Source: Ylistrum balloti | Taxonomy: Eukaryota | DNA length: 64,000 nt | NCBI RefSeq assembly: GCF_031769215.1 | Contig: NW_026782199.1 | Span: 682,001-746,000, forward strand | Direction of reading: 5' to 3' | Part shown: piece after piece, positions 1-14,300 of the stretch | Position numbering within the stretch: position 1 is the first letter of the stretch | Layout: each line of letters opens with the position of its first letter | Position numbers and translations under genes: made by a program | Notes under the pieces: generated by a model | What the model saw: the letters and a program-made list of their open reading frames with translations, nothing else | Told to the model about the DNA's origin: nothing | Databases searched by the model: none

Positions 1-159
1 GTTTTAGTATAGATTATATTTGACTAGAACTCTGATGGGTCAGTAAGGGTCCAACGTTGTACCTTACTATCAACATCTCCAATACCAAACACTATATCCC
101 AGCTCTTCTATTTTACAGACCTTCTTCTTGACATTGGTACTTTGACTTTGTCATTCCAT

Positions 160-2345
160 CAAACACTATCTGTAGTCAGTCTGGACTTCGGTAGTGGATG
201 TTACCTTAGTTACCGTATTCTACCAAACACTATCTGTGGTTAGTCAGGACTTTTGTAGTGGACATTACCTTATTTATTCTACCAAACACTGTCTGTGGTT
301 AGTCAGGACTTTTGTAGTGGACATTACCTTAGTTATTCTACCAAACACTGTCTGTGGTTAGTCAGGACTTTTGTAGTGGACATTACTTTAGTTATTCTAC
401 CAAACACTATCTGTCGTTGGTCTGAACTTTTGTAGTGGACATTACTTTAGTTATTCTACCAAACACTATCTGTGGTTGGTCTGGACTTTTGTAGTGGACA
501 TTGCCTTAGTTATTCTACCAAACACTGTCTGTGGTTAGTCAGGACTTTTGTAGTGGACATTACCTTAGTTATTCTACCAAACACTGACTGTAGCTGGTCT
601 GGGATTTGTAGTTAACATTACCTTAGTTATTCTACCAAACACTGTCTGTAGTTGGTCTGGACTTTTGTATGGGACATTACCTTATTTATTCTACCAAACA
701 CTGTCTGTAGTTGGTCTGGACTTTTGTAGTTAACATTACCTTAGTTATTCTACCAAACACTGTCTGTAGTTGGTCTGGACTTTTGTAGTTAACATTACCT
801 TAGTTATTCTACCAAACACTGTCTGTGGTTGGTCTTGGATTTGAAGTTAACATTACCTTAGTTATTCTACCAAACACTGTCTGTAGCTGGTCTGGACTTT
901 TGTATGGGACATTACCTTATTTATTCTACCAAACACTGTCTGTAGCTGGTCTGGACTTTTGTATGGGACATTACCTTATTTATTCTACCAAACACTGTCT
1001 GTAGTTGGTCTGGACTTTTGTAGTTAACATTACCTTAGTTATTCTACCAAACACTGTCTGTAGTTGGTCTGGGATTTGAAGTTAACATTACCTTAGTTAT
1101 TCTACCAAACACTGTCTGTAGTTGGTCTGGGATTTGAAGTTAACATTACCTTAGTTATTCTACCAAACACTGTCTGTAGTTGGTCTGGACTTTTGTAGTT
1201 AACATTACCTTAGTTATTCTACCAAACACTGTCTGTAGTTGGTCTGGGATTTGAAGTTAACATTACCTTAGTTATTCTACCAAACACTGTCTGTAGCTGG
1301 TCTGGACTTTTGTAGTTAACATTACCTTATTTATTCTACCAAACACTGTCTGTAGTTGGTCTGGACTTTTGTAGTGGACATTACCTTATTTATTCTACCA
1401 AACACTGTCTGTAGCTGGTCTGGGATTTGTAGTTAACATTAACTTAGTTATTCTACCAAACACTGTCTGTAGCTGGTCTGGACTTTTGTAGTGGACATTA
1501 CCTAATTTATTCTACCAAACACTGTCTGTGGTTGGTCTGGACTTCAGTAGGAGACATTACCTTAGTTATTCTACCAAACACTGTCTGTAGCTGGTCTGGG
1601 ATTTGTAGTTAACATTACCTTAGTTATTCTACCAAACTGTCTGTAGCTGGTCTGGGATTTGTAGTTAACATTACCTTAGTTATTCTACCAAACACTGTCT
1701 GTAGCTGGTCTGGGATTTGTAGATAACATTACCTTAGTTATTCTACCAAACTGTCTGTAGCTGGTCTGGGATTTGTAGTTAACATTAACTTAGTTATTCT
1801 ACCAAACTGTCTGTAGTTGGTCTGGGATTTGTAGGTAACATTACCTTAGTTATTCTACCAAACACTGTCTGTAGCTGGTCTGGACTTTTGTAGTTAACAT
1901 TACCTTAGTTATTCTACCAAACACTGTCTGTAGCTGGTCTGGGATTTGTAGATAACATTACCTTAGTTATTCTACCAAACTGTCTGTAGCTGGTCTGGGA
2001 TTTGTAGTTAACATTAACTTAGTTATTCTACCAAACTGTCTGTAGTTGGTCTGGGATTTGTAGTTAACATTACCTTAGTTATTCTACCAAACACTGTCTA
2101 TAGCTGGTCAGGACTTTTGAAGTGGACATAACCTCAGTTATTCTAACAAACACTGTCTGTAGTTGGTCTGGGATTTGTAGTTAACATTACCTTAGTTATT
2201 CTACCAAACACTGTCTATAGCTGGTCAGGACTTTTGAAGTGGACATAACCTCAGTTATTCTAACAAACACTGTCTGTAGTTGGTCTGGGATTTGTAGTTA
2301 ACATTACCTTAGTTATTCTTCCAAACACTGTCTGTAGCTGGTCAG
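160..2345. repeat. ~59-bp tandem array (~37 copies) containing the LIG4 exon-15 3' end plus splice donor
   Basis: On the minus strand the unit is CCAGACCAACTACAGACAGTGTTTGGTAGAATAACTAAG|GTAATG..., nearly identical to the exon end at 2345-2308 plus the intron start. Confidence 0.95.
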
Positions 2346-3186
2346 GACTTGTTGGGTCCACATAACTGTCACCAAACTCATCATATTGCTGCTTGAAATC
2401 CAATTGGGTCTTAGGTGATGTGTGGATCATGTCTGCTGGGGACCTCAAAAATTTAAAGAAAACATTACTACTATTAATCACCGAATATTTAGTTACAGAA
2501 AGCAGCAGGACCTCCTTTCAGCTGAATATTTTACAATGTACAAATGAGCAGACCAATAAAAAAGGATATTTGTTCCAATTCTATCAATGTGTGAATATAC
2601 AGACTCATACAAAAGATAATTCATGGTGAATCTAATCAGTGAAAAGAAGTTAAAATCTATCCAATACTTACAATAATAAAACACCAGGAACATGTTTTGA
2701 GAATTGCAAGTCTTAAAAGAATATTGTGTAGTAAATATCACAGTTAAGAATAGTTTTTGGATTTGTAGCCAACAATGGAATACAATTTCAGAAAAGGGCA
2801 TTGATGACTTCAAGTACAACAGATCACTTCTCTGACATCCATATATAAGCATATAATTGTTTAAGTCATGATTTCACAAAAACGAGACTAGATTGTGGAT
2901 TTGAATGTAAATGGTACACCTGGACAGTTTTCAGGTAACATTGTGTATTAGTACAAAAATGAATAATGACTGTAATACTACACCTATCATGTTACTTAGA
3001 AACATGGGAGCAATTTCTGCTTGAGATTTACATGCTGACAAGTATTTATTTATTACAGAAATGTTCACGACTAGAAAGTGTCCAGGTGTATGTAGGTACA
3101 TCAGCTCTATAGGTGCATTATTCATGCCTCAACAATAAAAAGAAAGAAAACATGCAAATTCAGCGATTTTGACTTTTTGTGATTTT

Positions 3187-3217
<31 letters not shown>

Positions 3218-5290
3218 GGGGGGATTTTGACAGGGTCGCAAAATTCTCCAAAATTAGATACCCACTAAAAATTCCTGATATATCGTAGTTTGTATCACAA
3301 GTCTACTGTGTAATTACCATGGTATCCATCGGCTGGCCTCCACACAGCGCTGGAACCAAGTTACCTTGACAATATCATACATATCACGTTTAATAAGGTT
3401 GGTGACACGGACAGCTACCTTGTCTGCCAGGACACAGAAGGTAGATGGACCTGAAGCAGAAAACATACAACAATCAACTCTGATTAAGGTTGATAACAAC
3501 TAACAAAGGTATATCTAGCAAGATTATCTATCAATACCAAACATAGCTTTATCTTACAACATTAAATAAAGCTTTGTCTATTAATACTGAACAACTTTAT
3601 CTAACAACATTAAATAAATCTTTATTTAACAAACCAAACATAGGTTTATCTTACAACATTAAATAAAGCTTTGTCTAGCAATACCTAATAAAGCTTTATT
3701 TTACAACACTGAATAAAGTTTGGTCAAACAATACCAAATATAGCTTTATTAATACCAAACATAAGTGTTACCTTAAAACACTGAATAAAGCTTTGTCTCA
3801 CAATACCAAACATAGCTTCATCTTATAACACTGAATAAAGATTTATCTCATAAAACTGAATAATGTTTTGTCTAACAATTACAAACAAATCTTTATCTCA
3901 CAAAGTTTCGTCTAAAAAGGGAAACTTGACTTTATCTTTCAATAGTAAATATAGTGTTGTTTTATTTATCTAAAAGCGCAAAAAAAAAAAAAAAAAAAAG
4001 TTTTATTTCATAACACCAGACAGCTTGATCATGTAATAACATTAAACATTCTTTGTTTAAAAAAAAAATATTATGATCCCTACCAGTTATATTATGTATG
4101 CTATATATTACATTAATCAAGTATTTAATACGGTTTTCATCGAGTAAATAATGTTGACAAAACTGGATAATAAATGATTTTGAATTAAACAATAAAAAAG
4201 ATTTACTATATATATTCACCAAGACTTGAAGTGAAGTTGTATTTTATCATTAAGATTAAATAAATCAATAGATCATTAATCTATAGAATGATAACATTAT
4301 CTTATCCTCATTCTGCAATAAAATATTAACAGGAAATTTTACCTGGATTTTGAACAATTCTACCACCAAATTCTACAATTTTTGTCTCTATGGCATGCTT
4401 TGGAAAAGATGACGGACCATTTATCACACAAAACTCTTTTCCTTCCAGCATCTTTGATACCTGAAAAATTAAATACTACACCTAGCATGACTTTCATACC
4501 TGCATGGCAAGTGGCCAAATATCTTACCAATGTTACCAAATGAGCACAACAAAATCATAAACATACTTTGTTTTAAAGATACCATAATTATCCATCAACA
4601 CGCCCATGCCCAGTAATATACCCTTTATATACTGCTGTCTATTGACATAATAAACCAAATTTCATTGTAAAGCCCGACAGCTGACTTTGAGTAAGAAGTA
4701 ATAAGTTGACACCCATGCTTTACTGCATGTAAATAAAAGGAAATAAGGGCTTACCACAATTGTCATTTGTATATAGTAGTATGTATTCTACACTTTTATA
4801 AAGTTTATACAGATCTGTGCTTCATTTTTCATGAAATTCAAAATTCACAACACCAAACACAGCTTGATCATCTAACAACATTAAATAATCTTTGTTTTGA
4901 AAGAAAAATTTGAAAATTTGCATTAAATTTTTGTCACTCCTTCCCTTCTTGTAAATATGTTATGGAAATGTTCACACAGAGTATAAAGGTATGTGATGCT
5001 GAGTATAGATTTAAGAAGCTCTCCATGTTCACTATAATTTGATAATTTACCTGAGTAACAGATGTGACATCAGCGCCCTTAAACTGAGCTCCAAGAGTGG
5101 GACGGACTACTCGACTGACAATCTTTCTCTTTTTCTTTACAGGTTCTTCTCCATCAGCAAGTTCCACCTTACCACCTGCTAATTTACCTCCAGACTTCTG
5201 CAAATGTGTATAAAGAAATGTGATTAGGGAGATACAAAACTATTTAATATATAGAGTCACTGTATTACCAGAGAACCATTCAAAATCAAC

Positions 5291-5338
<48 letters not shown>

Positions 5339-8300
5339 GAACCATTCAAAATCAACAAATCACTATGTAGTTAACTCCTCATCGTCGTCGTCATCGTCAA
5401 CATCATCATCATCATCGTTGTCATTATTAATTACCGAATAAATCTGAGACATATGTGATGCCATGTTACCAGTTTTTCTTGAGTTGATCCATCGCTACAA
5501 CAACTTGATTACTAGAACACTTGAATACAAATGGAATAACCTTCATAAAATGGATTACGGGAGACAACCAGAATATATTTCCTACATTCAGATATGATCA
5601 ATGAAAATTGATATGTCACAAACCTCCTTTAGTTCCAAAATGTCTGCAAGAGTCATGCTTTCATGCCAGGCTTTGTCTTCACGGAAACACTCAACACGGG
5701 GGAACCTAAGTGTACAACCTGTCTTAAACCGGTCACTGTCGATAATTTCTGCTGCTCTTATCTGGGACAGAAAAAACACTAAAAGATGCCGATCTCTTGG
5801 ATTTCAAGTTTTTCCACATTTTTTCACAATTTTATGTTTTCCCTTAAATGATGAAATTTCATTTGTAGATACCAGAAAGCTTGGGGTTTTTTTGGCATTC
5901 TGATAATGAAGAAACCTATCAATAATCTCATTCTCATCATTTCATTCTAGAGAGTGGAGGGAAATTTTTATTTGATTCCTTATCATGAAGCAGACATGAC
6001 ATCACAGTGTTGTCTGGGCTAATCTTTTCTACGATTAATCATAAGTGTTGATAGCAACAGTCAAGAGCAATTAGGACACTTCACCTGTATAATTATATAA
6101 CACATATTGTTGATTATCATTACATAGTACATTGGTACAGTTCCTTTTTATGCGTTCCCACACATTGTACTATATCGATGATCCTACATGTAACAGCTCT
6201 AGAGAAACTCTCCAGACACCATTATGAAATGAACAACCAAACAGAACATATACACCAACCACAGTTTGTCATAATTTTCCCCACCCCTGAATATCATTTG
6301 TTTACCTGGACTATACAGGAGTTACATGGCTCTATCCAAGCGTCTGGTTTCTCCTTGAAGCCAGAAGCCAGTACAACAGAAGACGGAGGATTCCTCTTGT
6401 CAAATACTTTCCAATGATCCTTCAACTTCTCGTTAAATTCTCCAAGTTCCTTTTTAGAGTATCCTGATCCAACCTATGAACCCAGTAAATGAAACGTTTT
6501 ATTTATTGTAATAACAAGAAAAGGAACTGAAATAACACAATTTACTACCTCAAATAGACGTAAAGAATTCACCATCAGTGTGAAGTTAACAGGATCAACA
6601 AATAAGGTACTTAAATCTTCCATTTAAACATAGAGAAGGTTTGCATGACACATCACCCTTCACCTTTTCTCTAATTAGAACCAAAAATATGAAATATCTA
6701 AAAGCATTACTATACTTGATCAATCTATTAGATAACATTGATATGTTTGAATTTGTAATCGTGACGTCTTACAGAAGGATGAAATAGAGTCTTCAATTGA
6801 CAACCTTATTGGTATATTTTACCTTACAGAATGGTGAAATAGTCTTCTACTGACAACCTTATTGGTATATTTTACCTTACAGAAGGATGAAATAGTCTTC
6901 TATTGACAACCTTATTGGTATATTTTACCTTACAGAAGGGTGAAATAGTCTTCTACTGACAACCTCATTGGTATATTTTACCTTACAGAAGGGTGAAATA
7001 GTCTTCTACTGACAACCTAATTGGTATATTTTACCTTACAGAAGGGTGAAATAGTCTTCTACTGACAACCTAATTGGTATATTTTACCTTACAGAAGGGT
7101 GAAATAGTCTTCTACTAACAACCTCATTGGTCAATTTTACCTTACAGAAGGGTGACATAGAGTCTTTTATTGACAATCTTATTGGTCGATTTTACTGTAC
7201 AGAAGGGTGAAATAGTCTTCTACTGACAACCTCATTCGTAGATTTTACCTTACAGAAGGGTGAAATAGTCTTCTACTGACAACCTAATTGGTATATTTTA
7301 CCTTACAGAAGGGTGAAATAGTCTTCTACTGACAACCTAATTGGTATATTTTACCTTACAGAAGGGTGAAATAGTCTTCTACTGACAACCTTATTGGTCA
7401 ATTTTACCTTACAGAAGGGTGAAATAGTCTTCTACTGACAACCTCATTCGTAGATTTTACCTTACAGAAGGGTGAAATAGTCTTCTACTGACAACCTAAT
7501 TGGTATATTTTACCTTACAGAATGGTGAAATAGTCTTCTACTGACAACCTCATTGGTATATTTTACCTTACAGAAGGGTGAAATAGTCTTCTACTGACAA
7601 CCTAATTGGTATATTTTACCTTACAGAAGGGTGAAATAGTCTTCTACTGACAACCTCATTGGTAGATTTTACCTTACAGAAGGGTGAAATAGTCTTCTAC
7701 TAACAACCTCATTGGTCAATTTTACCTTACAGAAGGGTGACATAGAGTCTTTTATTGACAATCTTACGATTTTACTTACAGAAGGGTGAAATAGTCTTCT
7801 ACTGACAACCTCATTCGTAGATTTTACCTTACAGAAGGGTGAAATAGTCTTCTACTGACAACCTAATTGGTATATTTTACCTTACAGAAGGGTGAAATAG
7901 TCTTCTACTGACAACCTTATTGGTCAATTTTACCTTACAGAATGGTGAAATAGTCTTCTACTGACAACCTCATTGGTATATTTTACCTTACAGAAGGGTG
8001 AAATAGTCTTCTACTGACAACCTTATTGGTCAATTTTACCTTACAGAATGGTGAAATAGTCTTCTACTGACAACCTCATTGGTATATTTTACCTTACAGA
8101 AGGGTGAAATAGTCTTCTACTGACAACCTTATTGGTCAATTTTACCTTACAGAAGGGTGAAATAGTCTTCTACTGACAACCTTAGTGGTATATTTTACCT
8201 TACAGAAGGAATGGAATACTTCTGGCTTCTCCCCATCATCTGTGGGAACTGCTACAGCACATAGAAAGTGTGACATCATCCCACCACGGTGGCCAACTCC

Positions 8301-11300
8301 AAGGTACCCTCCAACCACCAGGACATCGAGCTCATCCATGAGACCCCCCACATACTCTGGTTTTATCTTGATCCAGCCACCCTTCCTAGTATTGGGTCTG
8401 TAGACTGAGTCCGGGTTCTTCACCATGATGCCTTCTTCTCTACCATCAATAGCTTTGTTCAGGGCATCCGCACACTCCTGGCTATAGTAATAAAATGATG
8501 AGGTTCAGACTTACACTGGCATTTACTGCACGCTGGCAATAAAAACACGTCTGCATGTATTTATATCAGGAAATCTTAAGCTGTTCAAACTTAACACAGG
8601 TAGGGAAGAACTTTGATTATGAACAAAACGCAAACTCAAAGACTTATTGTTATGATTACTTCACAGCAATTTCAATACATTTGCCCTTACAAAAGTTTTT
8701 GTTTTGGACAAACCTTATATATCTGGACTAAGGGAGTACATTGCTCAGTCGAAATACAAGGGGAGGAAGGGGGAGCTGTACCCATAAGCCACCTTTACTA
8801 TCACCTTTACTATGTTTATCAATTTGATAATCATCAGATAGACTAATGTCTTTCATATCATATATGTAATGGCTATTTCTACTACATATCAATAATGTGT
8901 ACATTCATAATTCATGTGCATGAATGAATCTTACCAAAATTTAAATAAAAGAGAAAGAATAGTCGAAATCTGAGAGTAATTTATACCTGTCTCTCCCTAC
9001 CATCTATTATCTTCTTATTTTCTGTGGGGGATCAGTGTACCAACTTATGTGTACACACCCCTCCTCCAAAACTCTTACATGAAAACAGTCTCCAGCAGCT
9101 GTAAATGTTCCCCATCATATATCGTACTTACTTAGTGTTGGCCTCTGTGTGCTGACTGATCTGTACACGACCCTCCTCTGACTCTATCACAGTCTCTACA
9201 GCTATAACTGTCTCCTATCATATATCGTACTTACTTTGTGTTGGCCTCTGTGTGCTGACTGATCTGTACACGGCCCTCCTCTGGCTCTATCACAGTCTCT
9301 ACAGCTATAACTGTTCCCTATCATATATCGTACTTACTTAGTGTTGGCCTCTGTGTGCTGACTGATCTGTACACGGCCCTCCTCTGGCTCTATCACAGTC
9401 TCTACAGCTATAACCGTCTCCTTATCATATATTGTACTTACTTTGTGTTGGCCTCTGTGTGCTGACTGATCTGTACACGGCCCTCCTCTGGCTCTATCAC
9501 AGTCTCTACAGCTATAACTGTTCCCTATCATATATCGTACTTACTTTGTGTTGGCCTCTGTGTGCTGACTGATCTGTACACGGCCCTCCTTTGGCTCTAT
9601 CACAGCCTCTACAGCTATAACTGTTCCCTATCATATATCGTACTTACTTTGTGTTGGACTCTGTGTGCTGACTGATCTGTACACGGCCCTATCACAGTCT
9701 CAACAGCTATAACTGTTCCCTATCATATATCGTACTTACTTTGTGTTGGCCTCTGTATGCTGATTGATCTATACACAGCCCTCCTCTGGCTCTATCACAG
9801 TCTCTACAGCTATAACTGTTCCCTATCATATATCATACTTACTTTGTGTTGGCCTCTGTGTGCTGACTGATCTGTACACGGCCCTCCTCTGGCTCTATCA
9901 CAGTCTCTACAGCTATAACTGTTCCCTATCATATATCGTACTTACTTTGTGTTCTCTGTGTGCTACTGATCAGCTGGCTCTATCACAGTCTCTACAGCTA
10001 TAACTGTTCCCTATCATATATCATACTTACTTTGTGTTGGCCTCTGTGTGCTGACTGATCTGTACACGACCCTCCTCTGGCTCTATCACAGTCTCTACAG
10101 CTATAACTGTTCCCTATCATATATCGTACTTACTTTGTGTTGGCCTCTGTATGCTGATTGATCTATACATAGCCCTCCTCTGTCTCTATCACAGTCTCTA
10201 CAGCTATAACTGTTCCCTATCATATATCATACTTACTTTGTGTTGGCCTCTGTGTGCTGACTGATCTGTACACGGCCCTCCTCTGGCTCTATCAGTCTCT
10301 ACAGCTATAACTGTTCCGTATCATATATCGTACTTACTTTGTGTTGGCCTCTGTGTGCTGACTGATCTGTACACGGCCCTCCTCTGGCTCTATCACAGTC
10401 TCTACAGCTATAACTGTTCCCTATCATATATCGTACTTACTTTGTGTTGGACTCTGTGTGCTGACTGATCTGTACACGGCCCTATCACAGTCTCTACAGC
10501 TATAACTGTTCCCTATCATATATCGTACTTACTTTGTGTTGGCCTCTGTATGCTGACTGATCTATACACAGCCCTCCTCTGGCTCTATCACAGTCTCTAC
10601 AGCTATAACTGTTCCCTATCATATATCATACTTACTTTGTGTTGGCCTCTGTGTGCTGACTGATCTGTACACGACCCTCCTCTGGCTCTATCACAGTCTC
10701 TACAGCTATAACTGTTCCCTATCATATATCGTACTTACTTTGTGTTGGCCTCTGTATGCTGACTGATCTGTACACGGCCCTCCTCTGGCTCAATCATAGT
10801 CTCTACAGCTATAACTGTTCCCTATCATATATCGTACTTACTTAGTGTTGGCCTCTGTGTGCTGACTGATCTGTACACGACCCTCCTCTGGCTCTATCAC
10901 AGTCTCTACAGCTATAACTGTCTCCTATCATATATCGTACTTACTTTGTGTTGGCCTCTGTGTGCTGACTGATCTGTACACGGCCCTCCTCTGGCTCTAT
11001 CACAGTCTCTACAGCTATAACTGTCTCCTATCATATATCATTCTTACTTTGTGTTGGCCTCTGTGTGCTGACTGATCTGTACACGGCCCTCCTCTGGCTC
11101 TATCACAGTTTTCAGCAGCTGTAATCTTTCCCTAATTGGTTTATTGGTGAGTATTTTGTCATTAAGTACCACAATGTCAAATATGTTATAACACGGTTGA
11201 TAACCTTCCTGTTGTTGTCGTTTGATGTCTGTGTTCATTGCCTTTGTTGCTGAAATTTAGAAAAAAAAATTCCCTTGTAAACACTTTCTTTTGAAATATT

Positions 11301-14300
11301 TTATCTATGAGTTGACATTTAACAAAATTTTTATTACCTGTACATTATATGTATATGTAAAGAGTTTCTCAGTTGATAATATGTCTAAATATTCAGCTTT
11401 ACAGTTTACTAAACTCAGAGCATGGTTAAAGACAATACCCAAACCAAATTCCACCTAAGACTTTCTATCTAGAGAGATAGCAATGAGAGAAGTCAGCATA
11501 TAGACAAGTCAAGGTATACATGTATTTTGAAATTCTGCCATGAATCTACTGAATTCTCTCAGGCAAACAACATTGTAATCATTAAGAAAACTGAATGAAA
11601 CTCAGTGCAAAGATGTATGGGCAGAGTGAATATACAGTATTATTAGTTGTGACATATTTTTCTAACACATGGATTAATAAAACAAATCTATAACACTAAC
11701 TGTATTTGCCATAAATTTGTTACATTATCTAGTTCTTCCTTGTAAATTGACAATGAAATTATACACATACACACTGAAATTTTAAGTTTTGGTGTTATCA
11801 CACTGCACAAACACTAAGTATAAAGTGAAATAAAACACAAACCATAAGTTTTGGTTTCAGCATGGTATCCCAACATTTCTCCATCCAATATACATGACTT
11901 GATCCCAGGCTTGAACAAGTCGTGAATAAATGGTGTGAAATTTCCTTCAAAACTGTTGGACCCAAATGTGGCTGTATATTCATTAGCACTAATAGCAAAA
12001 AAATATGAACATTACAGACAATTTATACATAAGATTCATAACAACAATAAACATGATATCAATGCAAAACGTACTCAGAAACAATAAACATCAGCTACCA
12101 ACAATATACATAGTGGCAAACATTTTGATGAATTACAAAAAATATATGCAAAATAAATCTTAAATAGTGAATTCAAATTGTCTTATGAAAAATCAAACTA
12201 ATTTGTGTTGCAAATGATGTATTATCAGAACCATAATAAAATTTGGTTTTTAAGATATTACTGACAACATATAAATACTGGTTAAAAAAAACAACAGTTC
12301 TCATTTTAGATTGTTATGTCTCTTGGTCAGATGTCATACCTCCTAGAGAAATATTTGTACTCATCATCTCGTCTGTGTAACAACATACGCTCGCCATCAA
12401 ACTTTGTCTCTATGAAGTAGGTCTTGCCCTCCATTAGTTTTTCCACCTGTGAAATCATGTAATATATTGCAATTCTAAATAAAAATGTTTGGTCATTTAT
12501 GAACAATGTTACCCTAATTACCACAACTATCACAAATTACAGTATCTATCTCTAAACGTAACAAGATAATGTTTCTGTTTCAGATTTTTTCTCATCTTAT
12601 TCATTGCTCTTTAGTACTTTAAAACACTGAAGACCAAGGTAACATTAATGATTATAATTTTTTCTAAACAATATCCATTATGAAATGTACAGTGACATAT
12701 TACACCATCAACCATCTACTAGTTTCACATTCAGTCTTTTTTTGGAAACAGCTGTATGTAAATGTAGTACAATAAGTTACTGTCAATATTTACAGATAAT
12801 ATCAGTAAGATAATCAAAAGTTGAAAACACGCGTACCTCATCAGGTGAAGCTCTCTCCCCCAGCATTGGGGAAAAAGGTGAGAAGATGCTGATACCAATC
12901 TCATGTACCCGTACACTCCGCTCTCTCAGCATTCGACACACCTTCAGTAAAAAGAGATTAGCCATGACTTAACTTGTAACTGGTCATATACGCATGAACA
13001 TTTTGTTTCAGTAAGAGCTCAATCGGGTCTACTTTTCCAATTTAACAATCTGCCATTTCAACATGCCCTTTTCCAAATAAGACTACAGAGAGTTTTATTG
13101 GCAATGTAAATATTAGCAAAATGAAGTAGTTTTTGCCAGGTCAAAATCTCAATACATGTGATTAGGCCTTGTTACAGACTAAAACTCAATGTGTACAAAA
13201 TGTAGTAGATCTGGGTTAAGCAGAGTTTTAAACTGTTGTCCAACATAGAATTATTGGTTCTATTTTAAAATTTCCTCTCTTTGAATCTATATACCTGTAC
13301 CTATTTGATCTGTCTGCAGTTTTACCATAACAATATCAATGAATACCTTTTCCAGGTTGTTGTTGACATTGAAGAAGTCCTCAGCATCGGGATGATACAC
13401 TGAAAGGACAGATGCCTGACTCAGTCCAACCTTTAGCTCCTTCACTATCATTCTGATGAGCCATTTAAGCTCTAGGGCTGACATGTTAGTCAACAGTCGT
13501 AGCACATTCTTCCTCACCAGATCCTTCTTCTTTGCTGCGTTGTTCTGGGCGATGCCATCTAAACAATCATTAACTTCCTGAATGGTTAGTGTTCCTCTCT
13601 CTGGACAACGGTTCTTCAACACAAAGTAGGTCACCCCAGCAAAATCTCCAGCATCCTGAATTTAGAGACCACATACAACAAATTAAATGTAAAACATATG
13701 ACCTTCTGCATTCTGTGTAGTTGTCAGGCCATTATCAACATGACACCAAACTCCTTATGGCCACACTAATGTCCTTCTCAAACAATTCCTTTATTCATGA
13801 TATATAGTTATAGGATCTTAAGTTTCCATTTGGTATGTGATTTAATGAAATGAATCTTTGATTTATTTCATATTAGTCAGACTTTAGTGAAAATTTTTTT
13901 GATGACTTTCATACATCACAAATCAACTGAAAACAAATTTAAGACCATTTTTACCACATAATTGATCATTCAAGCAAATGTCTGAAGAAACAGACATTTC
14001 CATGTATCACTTGAAATCCTTTTGGCTCTATATCTAAGATCTCCCATTGTTATGTCACAATGTAACAACAGCTACAGAACTGATAGCAATTTAGACAGCT
14101 GTGGTGGACTCTTTAAAATTAACACTATTTTCATAATAAACACTTACAGCTCTTGCTGTTTTTGGAGCTTTGTAGTTGAGCAGCCGGTTGGCATCAGCAC
14201 TATCCTTCCCTAAACACAACACTTCAATCAGCAACTTGGCTAACATGTGCTGTAACATACCGATAGTTGAACATTAATACTGGTAGGTCTTCTTTTGCAA

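Noticed and set aside
3183-3223. T14-G27 tract as a functional G-quadruplex element
   Set aside because: It is a simple intronic homopolymer whose length is unreliable in assemblies, with no supporting context.
5220-5441. His/Ser-rich 73-aa ORF (also 46509-46849)
   Set aside because: These are translations of (CAT)n microsatellites in introns.
9334-9531. ORF ending in [20 protein letters not shown] as a LIG4 paralogue or extra exon
   Set aside because: It is a by-product of the 103-bp array copying the exon-8 end, and it has no credible acceptor.
160-11120. Regular repeats as a CRISPR array
   Set aside because: The units are head-to-tail with no unique spacers, there are no cas genes, and the context is a spliceosomal eukaryotic gene.
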